Source: a virus. From it: a stretch of DNA of 64,000 nucleotides. Position 1 is the stretch's first letter. Each line of letters opens with the position of its first letter. The stretch lies in IMG/VR virus record IMGVR_UViG_3300032242_001844. One strand, written 5' to 3'. The position numbers and the translations under genes are program-made. The notes under the pieces were generated by a model. It did no database searches, had not been told where the DNA came from, and saw nothing but the letters and a program-made list of their open reading frames with translations. Below are positions 9,100-19,700 of the stretch, piece by piece.

Positions 9100-9364
9100 A
9101 CCTATCACCGTGTTTCGCACTGGTTTTCATCGTTCACATACACAAGACAGAAAACAAGAATTAGAAGATGTAAAAGGTGAAGCTAATTTACGATGGTACG
9201 ATCATGGTGAAAATTATCGTTGGGTATGGGAGAACGCTATTAAAGACAGTGTAATTTTCCATGCCCATTACGATATTGCATCACTTGAATATCGTGTTGC
9301 CGTAACCGCACAATTTGAACCAGAAGACTTGACATACTATCTTATGCGATTTGAAGCAGCATAA
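9086..9364 (+). CDS. Hypothetical protein
   Basis: Start likely ATG 9086; ends LTYYLMRF-type motif. Confidence 0.6.
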   Translation: MSPSKPITVFRTGFHRSHTQDRKQELEDVKGEANLRWYDHGENYRWVWENAIKDSVIFHAHYDIASLEYRVAVTAQFEPEDLTYYLMRFEAA

Positions 9365-9369
9365 ATTAA

Positions 9370-11259
9370 CTACCACTGACCGCTGCCTGTCCAATTATGT
9401 GTAAAACTGCAATCATGCCAATTTTTATCTAGCGTACTATCATGGTTAATGTGTCTAAAGTTATAATTGAAATTTCCAGACCAATTGCCGCTTTCATCAA
9501 TTGAAAAGTTGTGAGCGGCAGTATAGTCACATCCTAATCTATCGCCAAATTCTCTGATATCAACTTCTGGATCAAACTTAACTGATATCTTATATGCTCC
9601 TACCGCCTTCCACAACTGGCGTAACATTGGCCATATCTCGTTCATGAGACTGTTGGCAAAGTCTCCTAAATCAGTTTTAATAATATCATAGTCAAAAGTT
9701 TCACGGTCGATAGTATCAGTTATTTTTGTAGCATCATATTTTATTCTGTACGATTTTTTAAGGTTTGGTCTTTCAAATCCATAAATGTATGACTTGCTGT
9801 TCAACTGTTCTAAGAATATGTTAAAAGTTTTTTGTCGAATTAATCTGTGCACCTTGGTATTCTTTAAATCATTTGTTGTCCACATGTTTAAGAAATTTTT
9901 AGGAGCAATATCAAATTTAGCAGGATCAATGCTTATATCACTGCCTGGACTTAGCATCAAACTTAAGCCTGGACTTATTGCCAATATACCATAATTTCTT
10001 ATTCGCCATACTAGTGTTAGTGTATCAGCAAATGCTTGATGATCCTCATTTGGAAATCCAATAATCCAATTTGTGTGTGCTTGTATATCAACTTCCTTGC
10101 CGCTTTTAAGGTTCTGTTCAATTTCATCTAGCGTAATTTCTTTTTTCATGGCATCTAGCACTTTTTGACTGCCACTTTCAATGCCATAACTTAGCTGTTT
10201 ACATCCACTTGCCGCAAGGTCTTTATAATAGTCTAAATCCATTCTGCCATCGCAGCGAGCATAACCTTGCCACTTGATATCAAGGTTTCGTTCTTTAATT
10301 CCTAAACAAAATCCACGCAGTTCTTTTAAGTTACCATTGACTAGGCTATCGATAAACCAAACAAAGTTTCCACCATAGTGTTTGTTTTGGTATTCAATTT
10401 CATCAATTAAACTGCCAGACATTCTTCCACGATATTTCCAAAAATGAACTTCTGTACAGAACACACATTTTGCGATACATCCTCTGCTTATTTCTGCAGA
10501 TATGCCGCCTGGTGTATCGTATTCACTTAAATCATAATCACTATAATCTGGAAACGGCATACTGTCTAAATCTAGACGAAGTTTAGGGTCTTTTTTTAAA
10601 AATTTTTCTGTAATAGCAACACCAGATTCAACTTTTTCTAAAATGTCTAAAAGAACTTGTTCACCTTCGCCTTCAATAATATGGTCATATAGTGGTTTAC
10701 TATATGCTTGCATCGAAGATGCTTGTGGACCGCCTACTATTATCTTACAATTTGGCAACACCCATCGTATTTGGTTAGCCATCCAGTTGGTTGCTTGCTC
10801 ATTTGTATAGTACATACTAAACCCAACTACATCTGGGTTATCAGCAACAATAGATTTTAATTTTCTCTTATACAGTGATTCTAACTGAGGATGTAACTCT
10901 TTGATATACCATTTTCCTGTCCACATCCATTCACGGCTAGCATCCCATGGATCAAAATCTAATTTATTTTTTATACCATGATATGCTTTTATGTTTATAT
11001 CATATACCTTAGTAGCAAATCCTGCTGCTCTTGCCATTGCACTTAGTCTACTTAAGTTATATGGCGGAAAAAAAACTCCCCACTCTGGCATTAATACGAG
11101 TGCTAGTTTTGTATTCCTTGTTGCGCTGTTGATGATAACTGGTGTTAGGTTTTTTTGTGGAGTAGCACGAGCAAAGTTTGCCATGGTCTTTGCCATTGCC
11201 CAGTCTTTGCCTAATCCAAAAGGAACTGCGGCAGCATTTTCTTCATATTCATCAGTCAT
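9370..11259 (-). CDS. B12-binding radical SAM enzyme (class B methyltransferase-like)
   Basis: PPYNL, PDVVGFS, IIVGGPQ, GEGEQ, SRGCIAKCVFC, GIESGSQKVL. Confidence 0.9.
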   Translation of the reverse strand: MTDEYEENAAAVPFGLGKDWAMAKTMANFARATPQKNLTPVIINSATRNTKLALVLMPEWGVFFPPYNLSRLSAMARAAGFATKVYDINIKAYHGIKNKLDFDPWDASREWMWTGKWYIKELHPQLESLYKRKLKSIVADNPDVVGFSMYYTNEQATNWMANQIRWVLPNCKIIVGGPQASSMQAYSKPLYDHIIEGEGEQVLLDILEKVESGVAITEKFLKKDPKLRLDLDSMPFPDYSDYDLSEYDTPGGISAEISRGCIAKCVFCTEVHFWKYRGRMSGSLIDEIEYQNKHYGGNFVWFIDSLVNGNLKELRGFCLGIKERNLDIKWQGYARCDGRMDLDYYKDLAASGCKQLSYGIESGSQKVLDAMKKEITLDEIEQNLKSGKEVDIQAHTNWIIGFPNEDHQAFADTLTLVWRIRNYGILAISPGLSLMLSPGSDISIDPAKFDIAPKNFLNMWTTNDLKNTKVHRLIRQKTFNIFLEQLNSKSYIYGFERPNLKKSYRIKYDATKITDTIDRETFDYDIIKTDLGDFANSLMNEIWPMLRQLWKAVGAYKISVKFDPEVDIREFGDRLGCDYTAAHNFSIDESGNWSGNFNYNFRHINHDSTLDKNWHDCSFTHNWTGSGQW

Positions 11260-11312
11260 TTTAGATATTTACCGCAACAAAATTCAGCCTAGTTATTTTA
11301 ATAAATATTTCC

Positions 11313-12065
11313 ATGGCAACTTTACAAGAATTAAAATCAGAAGTATTTGACTATGTTCGTTTCAGCCTTGGTGATGGTATGGTTGATGTTGAACTTGATC
11401 CTATTCATTTTGAAACTGCAATCAAAAACTCTATCATTCGTTATCGTCAACGCAGTGCTAACAGCGTTGAAGAGAGTTATAGTTTTTTAAATCTAATTGA
11501 AGATACTAATACCTATACGCTTCCTAGTGAAGTTATAAGTGTGAGAAATGTATTCAAGCGTAATATTGGCGCTAATAGTGGTACAAGTTCACAGTATGAA
11601 CCATTTGAAGCAGGGTTTGTTAACTTCTATATGATTCAAAGTGGTCGTGTTGGTGGTTTATCAACATATTATATGTATAGTTCGTTTTTGAAAGAAGCTG
11701 CTAAACTTTTTGGCGGGTTTGTAAATTATAAATTTAATACTGTTACCAAAGAACTTACTATAATGCGTCGTCCTCGTGCACAATCAGAAACTATCTTGCT
11801 ATGGACAGAGAATTACAAACCAGATGTGACGCTGCTAACTGATATCTATAGTCAACCTTGGATAAGGGATTACACACTAGCTCGTTGTATGATGATGCTA
11901 GGTGAAGCCCGTAGCAAATTCTCAACACTGCCTGGTCCACAGGGCGGCGGTAGCCTAAACGGTACTGATCTTCTTACCCGTGGACAAGCATTGCAAGATA
12001 GGTTAGAACTTGAAATTACTAATTACATGACTGGTGAAATGCCTATGTGGTGGGTACAAGGATAA
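11313..12065 (+). CDS. gp13: Neck protein (T4 gp13-like)
   Basis: LGDGMVDVELD, WIRDYTLA, LGEARSKF, PGPQGGGSLNG. Confidence 0.8.
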   Translation: MATLQELKSEVFDYVRFSLGDGMVDVELDPIHFETAIKNSIIRYRQRSANSVEESYSFLNLIEDTNTYTLPSEVISVRNVFKRNIGANSGTSSQYEPFEAGFVNFYMIQSGRVGGLSTYYMYSSFLKEAAKLFGGFVNYKFNTVTKELTIMRRPRAQSETILLWTENYKPDVTLLTDIYSQPWIRDYTLARCMMMLGEARSKFSTLPGPQGGGSLNGTDLLTRGQALQDRLELEITNYMTGEMPMWWVQG

Positions 12066-12101
12066 TTTGACATCCACATAATTCTTTGATAAAGTAAAAC
12101 C

Positions 12102-12713
12102 ATGAAGATAATTGGTGTATGCGGTCTTATCGGTGGTGGCAAAGGAACCGTTGCGGATATCCTTGTAGGTAATCACAACTTTGAGAAAGTAAGTTTTGCT
12201 GATCCTCTCAAGGATATGATATCAAAAGTATTCAACTGGCCTCGTCATCTGCTTGAAGGCGATACTAAAGAATCTCGTGACTGGCGTGAACAGCGTGACG
12301 AATGGTGGTCAGAACGATTGAATATGCCTAACTTAACGCCTCGTTGGATTTTACAATATTGGGGAACTGATGTTTGCCGTATTAATTTTCATGAAGATAT
12401 TTGGATTGCAAGTTTAGAAAATAAACTTTCTAAAATTATCAACAGCGGTTCCGCTCATCTCACAAATAATATTGTTATACCAGATACTCGTTTTCCTAAT
12501 GAAATTAATATGATTCGTAAACTTGGTGGCGAAGTTTGGGCAGTTCGTCGTGGTGAAGACCCTGATTGGATGATAAATCTTATTCAACATGGTGAAGAAC
12601 CAAATGATATTCATCCCAGTGAGTGGTCATGGGTCACATCAAACATGGACCATCTTATTAGTAATGATGGCACAATTGAAGATTTAGAACAAAAAGTTAA
12701 AAATTTATTATAA
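12102..12713 (+). CDS. Deoxynucleoside monophosphate kinase
   Basis: GLIGGGKGT P-loop, SFADPLKD, TPRWILQYWGTD, DTRFPNE. Confidence 0.9.
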   Translation: MKIIGVCGLIGGGKGTVADILVGNHNFEKVSFADPLKDMISKVFNWPRHLLEGDTKESRDWREQRDEWWSERLNMPNLTPRWILQYWGTDVCRINFHEDIWIASLENKLSKIINSGSAHLTNNIVIPDTRFPNEINMIRKLGGEVWAVRRGEDPDWMINLIQHGEEPNDIHPSEWSWVTSNMDHLISNDGTIEDLEQKVKNLL

Positions 12714-12794
12714 TATACGCATATAACTGTTTATAAGTGGTCTATTTCTAGTTGATTCGCTAAATATTATCAACACCTTAAAGGAATATACCAC

Positions 12795-15700
12795 ATGGCA
12801 ACTTTAGTATCACCCGGAGTATCAGTTACGGTTCTTGATGAAAGCAATTATGCTTCAGCAGGACCAGGAACAATACCATTTATCTTACTTGCAACCGCCG
12901 CGAACAAGAAAGGTTCTGCTGGTGGCATTGCATCCAATACGACTGCAGCAACTGCTGGTATTCCAAAATTAATGTCTAGTCAAAAAGATTTGCTAAACAC
13001 ATTTGGTACACCAATTTTCCCAACAGATGCAAGCGGTAATCGTCTATATGGCAGTGAAACTGCTGAATATGGACTAATGGCTGCTCATAGCGTCCTTGGT
13101 ATTTCTAACCAAGCATGGGTTCTTCGTGCAAATATTGATCTAGCGCAGCTTAATGGTAGCGCAACTCGTCCATACGGAAATCCTGTTAGCGGAACCCAGT
13201 GGCTTAATACTGCTTCTACAAGCTGGGGTATTTTTGAATGGGACGCAGTAAATCAACAGTTTGTTGCAATAACTCCTTATGTATTGACAGATACAACTAA
13301 TTTAACTTCAGGTGCTCCATCAAGTAGCTTTGGCGCAGTTGGACAATATGCGGTTGTTTCTTACTACTCAAACAATCCAATTTATGTAAAGGCATATGAT
13401 AATACTTGGAACCTTCTGGGTTCAAATGGCGTTGGATCAAATCTACAATGGCAGTCAAAAACTCCAACCCTTGTTGGAACAATTACTCCTACTACAATGT
13501 CAAGCGGCGACACTCTTTCTATTAATGGAACAACTATTACGCTAACTGGTACTACCGCTAGCAGTCTAGTGACACAGATTAACACGGCAGCCCTTCCTGG
13601 TGTTACTGCAGCAATTCTTCCAACTGGTTATTTTGCTATCTTTGTGACGAGTGCTGCAAAGAGCAATGGTTCAGTCATTGACGGCAAGATTGCTATTGCA
13701 AACGCTGGTGTAGGTACTCCTCTTTCAAATCTTGGTTTGACCGCAGGTACATATTATAGTGTTTCTCTTCAATATAACCCTCACTATAATGTTCCAACTT
13801 GGAAGTCAACTGATTCAACTCCTGCACAATCTGGCAGTGTATGGATCAAAACTACTAATGTAAATGGCGGAGCAAATACCTTTGTATATCGTTGGAATGG
13901 CACAACTAATCATTGGGATTTGATTCCAGCACCAGAATTTCAAAGTCGTAGATTGGCAATTTATGGAAATGATCCTATAACTGGCGGCTTAGGAATTGGT
14001 ACAAATACCCTATTCATGAAATATGATATTAGTGCAAACAATACTGCTACTAGCAAGTTATTACAGTGGCAAGGTTCTGGTCTCCCATTGACTGCAACTG
14101 GTTCAGTGACAAATCCAACTTTTGCTAGTGGTAATCAATTTACTATCCAAGTAACAGTTCCTGGTTCAAGTTCATTAAGTGCGGTGTTTACTGTAACATT
14201 ATCTGGCACAAGTGCTGCAAGTTTTGTTCAAAATGTTCAATCACTGAACATTCCATATCTATCTTGCTCACTAAATTCATCTGGCTATATTCAGTTTAGC
14301 CATCTTACTGCTGGCGATATTATTCTTGCTCCAGTATCTGGACAAGGAACACCACTTACTGCTGCTGGTTTCTCAATATCATTACCAAATGTTTTTGATG
14401 ATGCTGGCACTGGTACATTGACTGCAAGTTATTGGCAACCAGCAGTTCTTCTAGTACAACAGGCATCTGCTCCTGTAGTTGATCCCGCAGATGGCACTCT
14501 ATGGTACAATTCATCGGCACTTGAAGTTGATATTATGATCAGCAATGGAACTATCTGGAAAGGTTATAAGAATGTAACCAGCGATAGCCGTGGTTTTCCA
14601 CTTAATACAACTGATCCACTAGGACCAATGATTTCAGCATCTGCACCAACTGTTCATACAGATGGTACTGCTCTTGTAAAGGGCGATATTTGGTTAGATT
14701 CAGGCGATCTTGAACACTATCCTTCACTATATCGTTGGCAAGCGGTTGGTAGCAATAATATTCTTCAATGGGTAGCCATCGATAACACAGATAATACTTC
14801 TGAAAATGGTATTATTTTTGGTGACGCTCGTTGGGATACTAATGGGACAGTAGACCCTGCATTGGGCGCAAAACCAACTATTGTAAGTCTATTAACAAGT
14901 GATTATGTTGATTTAGATGCACCGAACCCACAACTATATCCTCGTGGTATGCTTCTATTCAATACTCGTCGTAGCAGCTACAATGTAAAGTCATTCTTGT
15001 CAGGTGCGTTCACTGGTGCAACTTATCCTATTGCAACTCTTCCCGCACAACCTGCAACTTGGGTATCTTATAGTGGAAAAGATGCAAACAATGTTCCTTA
15101 CTTTGGTCGTAAGGCACAGCGTAATGTTGTAGTAAGTGCACTGTCATCTGCTGTAGATAATAGCACTATACTTCGCGAAGATCAGGTAAACTTTAACATA
15201 CTAGTATGTCCTGGTTATCCTGAGCTTACAGACAATCTTGTTACCTTAAACAATGACCGTCGTAACACTGGATTTATTATTGCAGATTCACCAATGGGTC
15301 TACCGAGTGATTTAACTAGTGTTAACAATTATATTACTAATACTGCTGGCGCTGCAGTAGACGGCGAATCTGGACTGGTTACTGCTGATTCTTACACTGC
15401 TGTATTCTATCCAGGCGCTGCATTTACTAATTCACTAGATGGGATTGGTCAAGTAGTTGTTCCTATCACTCATGCAATTCTACGCATGATGGTTAAGAGT
15501 GATCAAAGTAGTGCTCCATGGTTTGCACCTGCTGGTTCACTTCGTGGTAAAATTGACAATGTTGCGAAGATTGGTTATGTTGATCGCACAACAGGAAAGT
15601 TCTATAGCATTGGCACAAACCAAGGCTTGCGTGACCTTCTGTATTCAAATAATGTTAACCCAGTGGCGGTATTCCCGAATGATGGCATCATCAACTACGG

Positions 15701-16106
15701 AAACCACACTCGCCAAGGAACTGCAACAGCATTAGATCGTATCAATGTTGCTCGTTTGATTAACTATGTTCGTGGTAGACTAGAAAGAATAGTAAAACCA
15801 CTTATATTCCAACCAAACGATACAGTTACTCGTAACCAAGCAACTCAGATTGTTAGTGGAATGTTGAATAATATCATGGCTCAGCGTGGTCTATACGACT
15901 ATCTGGTAGTTTGTGATACTACAAATAATACACCAACCACAATTGATCAAAATGAACTGCACATTGATATTGCAATTGAGCCTACAAAGGCAGTTGAATT
16001 TATCTATGTTCCAGTTCGTATCTTGAACACTGGTGCTATATCTGGCAGCAACGCTAACCAAGGCGGTATTTCTAATCCTACAAACGCAGTTAGGTTAACT
16101 GCTTAA
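12795..16106 (+). CDS. gp18: Contractile tail sheath protein with large insertion domains
   Basis: LVSPGVSV N-terminus; PWFAPAG, LDRINVARL, IEPTKAVEFIYVP. Confidence 0.95.
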   Translation: MATLVSPGVSVTVLDESNYASAGPGTIPFILLATAANKKGSAGGIASNTTAATAGIPKLMSSQKDLLNTFGTPIFPTDASGNRLYGSETAEYGLMAAHSVLGISNQAWVLRANIDLAQLNGSATRPYGNPVSGTQWLNTASTSWGIFEWDAVNQQFVAITPYVLTDTTNLTSGAPSSSFGAVGQYAVVSYYSNNPIYVKAYDNTWNLLGSNGVGSNLQWQSKTPTLVGTITPTTMSSGDTLSINGTTITLTGTTASSLVTQINTAALPGVTAAILPTGYFAIFVTSAAKSNGSVIDGKIAIANAGVGTPLSNLGLTAGTYYSVSLQYNPHYNVPTWKSTDSTPAQSGSVWIKTTNVNGGANTFVYRWNGTTNHWDLIPAPEFQSRRLAIYGNDPITGGLGIGTNTLFMKYDISANNTATSKLLQWQGSGLPLTATGSVTNPTFASGNQFTIQVTVPGSSSLSAVFTVTLSGTSAASFVQNVQSLNIPYLSCSLNSSGYIQFSHLTAGDIILAPVSGQGTPLTAAGFSISLPNVFDDAGTGTLTASYWQPAVLLVQQASAPVVDPADGTLWYNSSALEVDIMISNGTIWKGYKNVTSDSRGFPLNTTDPLGPMISASAPTVHTDGTALVKGDIWLDSGDLEHYPSLYRWQAVGSNNILQWVAIDNTDNTSENGIIFGDARWDTNGTVDPALGAKPTIVSLLTSDYVDLDAPNPQLYPRGMLLFNTRRSSYNVKSFLSGAFTGATYPIATLPAQPATWVSYSGKDANNVPYFGRKAQRNVVVSALSSAVDNSTILREDQVNFNILVCPGYPELTDNLVTLNNDRRNTGFIIADSPMGLPSDLTSVNNYITNTAGAAVDGESGLVTADSYTAVFYPGAAFTNSLDGIGQVVVPITHAILRMMVKSDQSSAPWFAPAGSLRGKIDNVAKIGYVDRTTGKFYSIGTNQGLRDLLYSNNVNPVAVFPNDGIINYGNHTRQGTATALDRINVARLINYVRGRLERIVKPLIFQPNDTVTRNQATQIVSGMLNNIMAQRGLYDYLVVCDTTNNTPTTIDQNELHIDIAIEPTKAVEFIYVPVRILNTGAISGSNANQGGISNPTNAVRLTA

Positions 16107-16125
16107 TAATACAATATACAATAAT

Positions 16126-16155
16126 AAAAAGCCGCTAGCAATAGCGGCTTTTTTT
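16126..16155 (+). terminator. Intrinsic terminator after sheath
   Basis: aaaaagccgcta-gcaa-tagcggcttttttt. Confidence 0.9.
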
Positions 16156-16210
16156 ATATGTGGTAAATTTTTTTTTACAAATGGTATAAATACTTTTATA
16201 GGAGAATCAG

Positions 16211-16834
16211 ATGGCAGTTGCATCATTACTCAACATGACAATACCCGTAGCCTCAAGTAGTGATCAGAGCACGGGAAGTCAGGGCTTGTTAATGCCCCTG
16301 TTGAAGTATCGTTTTAGAGTTACATTCCTAAATTTTGGAATTACTAACCCTACTACGGAACTTACTAAACAGGTTATGAATTTTACAAGACCTAATTTAA
16401 ATTTTAACCCGATCACTATTGATTTGTATAACAGCAAGATGTATCTACAGGGCAAACCAGAATGGCAAACAGTTACTGTCGAATTGCGCGATGATGCAAA
16501 CGGCAATGTTAGACTGCTTGTTGGCGAGCAAATTCAAAAGCAGTTTGACTTTGCTGAACAAAGCAGTGCAGTTAGCGGTATTGATTATAAGTTCATTACT
16601 CAGTTTGAAGCACTGGATGGAGGAAATGGTAACACAAATCCAACTACCCTTGAAACATGGCAGTTATATGGTTGCTTTATTCAAGAAGTTAATTACAATA
16701 ACTTTGATTATACAAGTAACGATCCAGCAACTATTAGTATGACACTGCGTTATGACAATGCATTAGAAATTCCAACATCTCGTGGTGTAGGAATTACTGT
16801 TCCTCGCACATTTGGACATAGCGTAACTGGCTAA
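16211..16834 (+). CDS. gp19: Tail tube protein
   Basis: KYRFRVTF, GKPEWQTVTVELRD, WQLYGCFI, LRYDNA; follows sheath. Confidence 0.9.
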   Translation: MAVASLLNMTIPVASSSDQSTGSQGLLMPLLKYRFRVTFLNFGITNPTTELTKQVMNFTRPNLNFNPITIDLYNSKMYLQGKPEWQTVTVELRDDANGNVRLLVGEQIQKQFDFAEQSSAVSGIDYKFITQFEALDGGNGNTNPTTLETWQLYGCFIQEVNYNNFDYTSNDPATISMTLRYDNALEIPTSRGVGITVPRTFGHSVTG

Positions 16835-16845
16835 AGGTATGAGCC

Positions 16846-18393
16846 GTGAGTTCACTATTAGGATCAATTTTAAATAGCTTATTGGGCGGCGGCGAAGTTC
16901 ATGATTATGGACACGCCGCCCAAGTTTTTCGTACAAACAATTTTGCTAGAAGCCCAAAATATAAATTTCTATTTCAAGTTAATTTTCTATTAGACCCAGA
17001 TGCTCCAGTGCAAATTGACCCTTCTGAATTAAGTTATCTGGTAAAGAGTGTTGATCTTCCAAAGTTTACAGTTGAATTAAAAGATTTAAATCAATACAAT
17101 CGCAAAACATTTGTACAAAGTCGTATAAAATACGAACCAATTACAATAAAATTTCATGATGATAATACGAACGGTTTGCGCCAACTTTGGCAAAATTATT
17201 ACAATTATTACTATGCTGATGGCGTATACACCTTAAATGATTATGTATACGATGATCGATATGGCAGAAACCAAGATCGCAGACATGCTGCATGGGGTTT
17301 AGATAATGGCAGCACTGTGCCGTTTTTTAGTGCAATCGAGATTTATAGTTTAGCTGGTGGGCAGAGTAATAAAATTACACTCATGAACCCAATAATCAGT
17401 AGCTTTAGTCATGATACACATGATTATAGTGAAAGCACTGGTATAATGGAGGCAACAATGCAAATTCATTATATGGGTGTTACATATGAAGATGGCTATG
17501 CAATGGGTGTTCCTGGAATTGGTGATCCTCAATACTATGATAATAACCCTAGTAATATTAGTGGTAACAATCTTGGATACTATGTTGACCCAGTTACAGG
17601 AGAACTGGTTAAACAAACAGATATTTTTACAAACCCATACCAACAAAGACAAGCACAGCGTGGAAGTTTTGGATTTGTTGATCAAACAAACAATTATGAT
17701 CCAACTTCGTCTAACAACTTGACTGACCAAGAATTACAAAACATTGCGGACAACAATAATCAACAAGACACTTCTACTTTGAATACTGTATTTCCTGTTG
17801 CAAATTCTATTTCTCCAACTTATTCTAATAATTTGTATGACTACACTACCAATAGTGGAGCAATCGCTAATAGTAACGGTGAAACTATACCTACACCTCA
17901 ACAATATGATAGCTTGTATCCAGCAGGTAGTTACCAAGATATATTGTTCAGCAGAGGATATACTATTCCTCAAATAACATCTGCTAGTGGGTTTATAGAT
18001 TCATTGTCACCTACTACGATCACTTCATATTTTAAAAATACACTTAATTTAGTTCCTGCACAAGCGTTGGTAGCACAAAAATATATCGATGACCCTGCAA
18101 GTGTTAGCAATTTAGGAGCAGTAAATTTTGGGCAACCTGCTAGTGTTCCAAGCCAACTTGATTTTACTAATCCAGCTAGTCCAGTAAATCCTGCATATAA
18201 TAGTCAAACTTGGCAAAGTACCTTGGCTGCTGAAGGATATAGTAACAGTGATATAAATTTAGCATCAAGTCAAATAAATCGTTTGAATGTTGCTCCAGGA
18301 ACAGATTTAGCATCTATTGCAAGAAACTATATTGCATATAGCAAAAACAACAATAAGAACAATAGGGTTATCGGTGCGGGGTTGCCGTTCTAA
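16846..18393 (+). CDS. Tail tube-like baseplate junction protein (gp54/gp19 fold) with Asn/Ser-rich extension
   Basis: VKSVDLPKF, NQYNRK, YEPITIKFHDD; GTG start. Confidence 0.7.
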   Translation: MSSLLGSILNSLLGGGEVHDYGHAAQVFRTNNFARSPKYKFLFQVNFLLDPDAPVQIDPSELSYLVKSVDLPKFTVELKDLNQYNRKTFVQSRIKYEPITIKFHDDNTNGLRQLWQNYYNYYYADGVYTLNDYVYDDRYGRNQDRRHAAWGLDNGSTVPFFSAIEIYSLAGGQSNKITLMNPIISSFSHDTHDYSESTGIMEATMQIHYMGVTYEDGYAMGVPGIGDPQYYDNNPSNISGNNLGYYVDPVTGELVKQTDIFTNPYQQRQAQRGSFGFVDQTNNYDPTSSNNLTDQELQNIADNNNQQDTSTLNTVFPVANSISPTYSNNLYDYTTNSGAIANSNGETIPTPQQYDSLYPAGSYQDILFSRGYTIPQITSASGFIDSLSPTTITSYFKNTLNLVPAQALVAQKYIDDPASVSNLGAVNFGQPASVPSQLDFTNPASPVNPAYNSQTWQSTLAAEGYSNSDINLASSQINRLNVAPGTDLASIARNYIAYSKNNNKNNRVIGAGLPF

Positions 18394-18405
18394 CTAAATA
18401 ATTTT

Positions 18406-18765
18406 ATGGCAAATATTCCTACAGTTACAAATTCATCTAGTAGTAAATCTTTTTTTAATGGATACTTTACGCAGCCTGTGCAAATCAGTGATGCGGTGTG
18501 GGAGCAAGTATATGGTTATTTCTTAGAACTCACAAATGATTCCAACGCTGCAAAAACACTTGCACAAAGTATTATTGCATTAACCTATAACAATAACTTA
18601 AATCCACTAACTGTCTTGCAACAGTTTCAAGCATCGCCCAACAATAGTAATATTAAAAATTTACTCATTAGTTTTTTTAACAATGTAAAAGGTTCTACTA
18701 GCAAGCTTGGCTATAAAAACAACATAACTACAAGTGTTAATATCGCTAGAAATATTATTCAATGA
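18406..18765 (+). CDS. Hypothetical late protein
   Basis: TAAATA 5 nt before ATG. Confidence 0.7.
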   Translation: MANIPTVTNSSSSKSFFNGYFTQPVQISDAVWEQVYGYFLELTNDSNAAKTLAQSIIALTYNNNLNPLTVLQQFQASPNNSNIKNLLISFFNNVKGSTSKLGYKNNITTSVNIARNIIQ

Positions 18766-19208
18766 GTATGAAGTTTTCTCAAGGTTTATTTGAACCTAAG
18801 AACCCAGAAAAATATGCTGGTAAAGGTAGTATTCGTTATCGCAGCAGTTGGGAACTTAAGTTTATGAATTTCTTAGACGAAAACCCTGCAATCAAACATT
18901 GGGCTAGCGAAAGTATTTCTATTCCATATATAAATCCAATAGTCAACAAAACAAAAAGTTACATACCAGATTTTTTTATTATTTACGAAGATGCGCAAGG
19001 TAATAAGAAAGCAGAAATAGTAGAAATTAAACCACACAAAGAAACTACATTAGAAAATGCTGGTCGCAGTCAAAGATCACAAATACAGGCAGTAGTAAAC
19101 CAAGCAAAGTGGAAGGCAGCAGTTGATTTTTGTGGTCGGCAAGGAATAGCATTTAGAGTCATTACCGAACATGACATGTTTGCTGGAACAAAGAAGAAAA
19201 AACGATAA
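18762..19208 (+). CDS. gp4: Head completion nuclease (T4 gp4, TnsA-like)
   Basis: PKNPEKY, YRSSWE, WASE, YIPDF, EIKP, NQAKW. Confidence 0.9.
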   Translation: MSMKFSQGLFEPKNPEKYAGKGSIRYRSSWELKFMNFLDENPAIKHWASESISIPYINPIVNKTKSYIPDFFIIYEDAQGNKKAEIVEIKPHKETTLENAGRSQRSQIQAVVNQAKWKAAVDFCGRQGIAFRVITEHDMFAGTKKKKR

Positions 19209-19216
19209 ATTAATAT

Positions 19217-19642
19217 ATGACAAAGAAACTTGAAGAATTATTTGACTTACCATCAGCGCCTAGCAAAGAGGTAGCAGAAGCCTTGGAAAATGCTCATCAG
19301 CTTGAGTCTTCTATTCCGCAACAACCAGATGATGCGCTTGATAAAGACCTTGATCAACTTGCCGACCAAGCAGTAGAAAGTTTTGAAAATTTGCAAAGTC
19401 TTGGTATGAATGTAGAAGCTCGTTTTGCAGCACCAATATTTGAAGCAAGTGCAAAGATGCTTGCTACTGCTGTTACTGCTAAGCTTGGAAAAGTTCAGAA
19501 GAAGTTAAAGCAAACTGAACTGTTATTAAAAATAGAAAAAATGCAATATGACCGTCGAGAAAATGATGGCACTGTTAATGTAGAGGCACAGGTTTTTGAC
19601 CGCAATGAATTGTTATCTACATTTAGAAATAAAGATAAATAA
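19217..19642 (+). CDS. Helical protein, candidate terminase small subunit
   Basis: Size, coiled-coil character and position; identity not certain. Confidence 0.45.
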   Translation: MTKKLEELFDLPSAPSKEVAEALENAHQLESSIPQQPDDALDKDLDQLADQAVESFENLQSLGMNVEARFAAPIFEASAKMLATAVTAKLGKVQKKLKQTELLLKIEKMQYDRRENDGTVNVEAQVFDRNELLSTFRNKDK

Positions 19643-19700
19643 TAGTGTAGGTCACGGGTTGCCGCCCCACCTACTCTATGTTATGAAGGAACACAGCGCA

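Noticed and set aside
7245-9120. Several 130-160 aa minus-strand ORFs
   Set aside because: Fully overlap a coupled plus-strand operon
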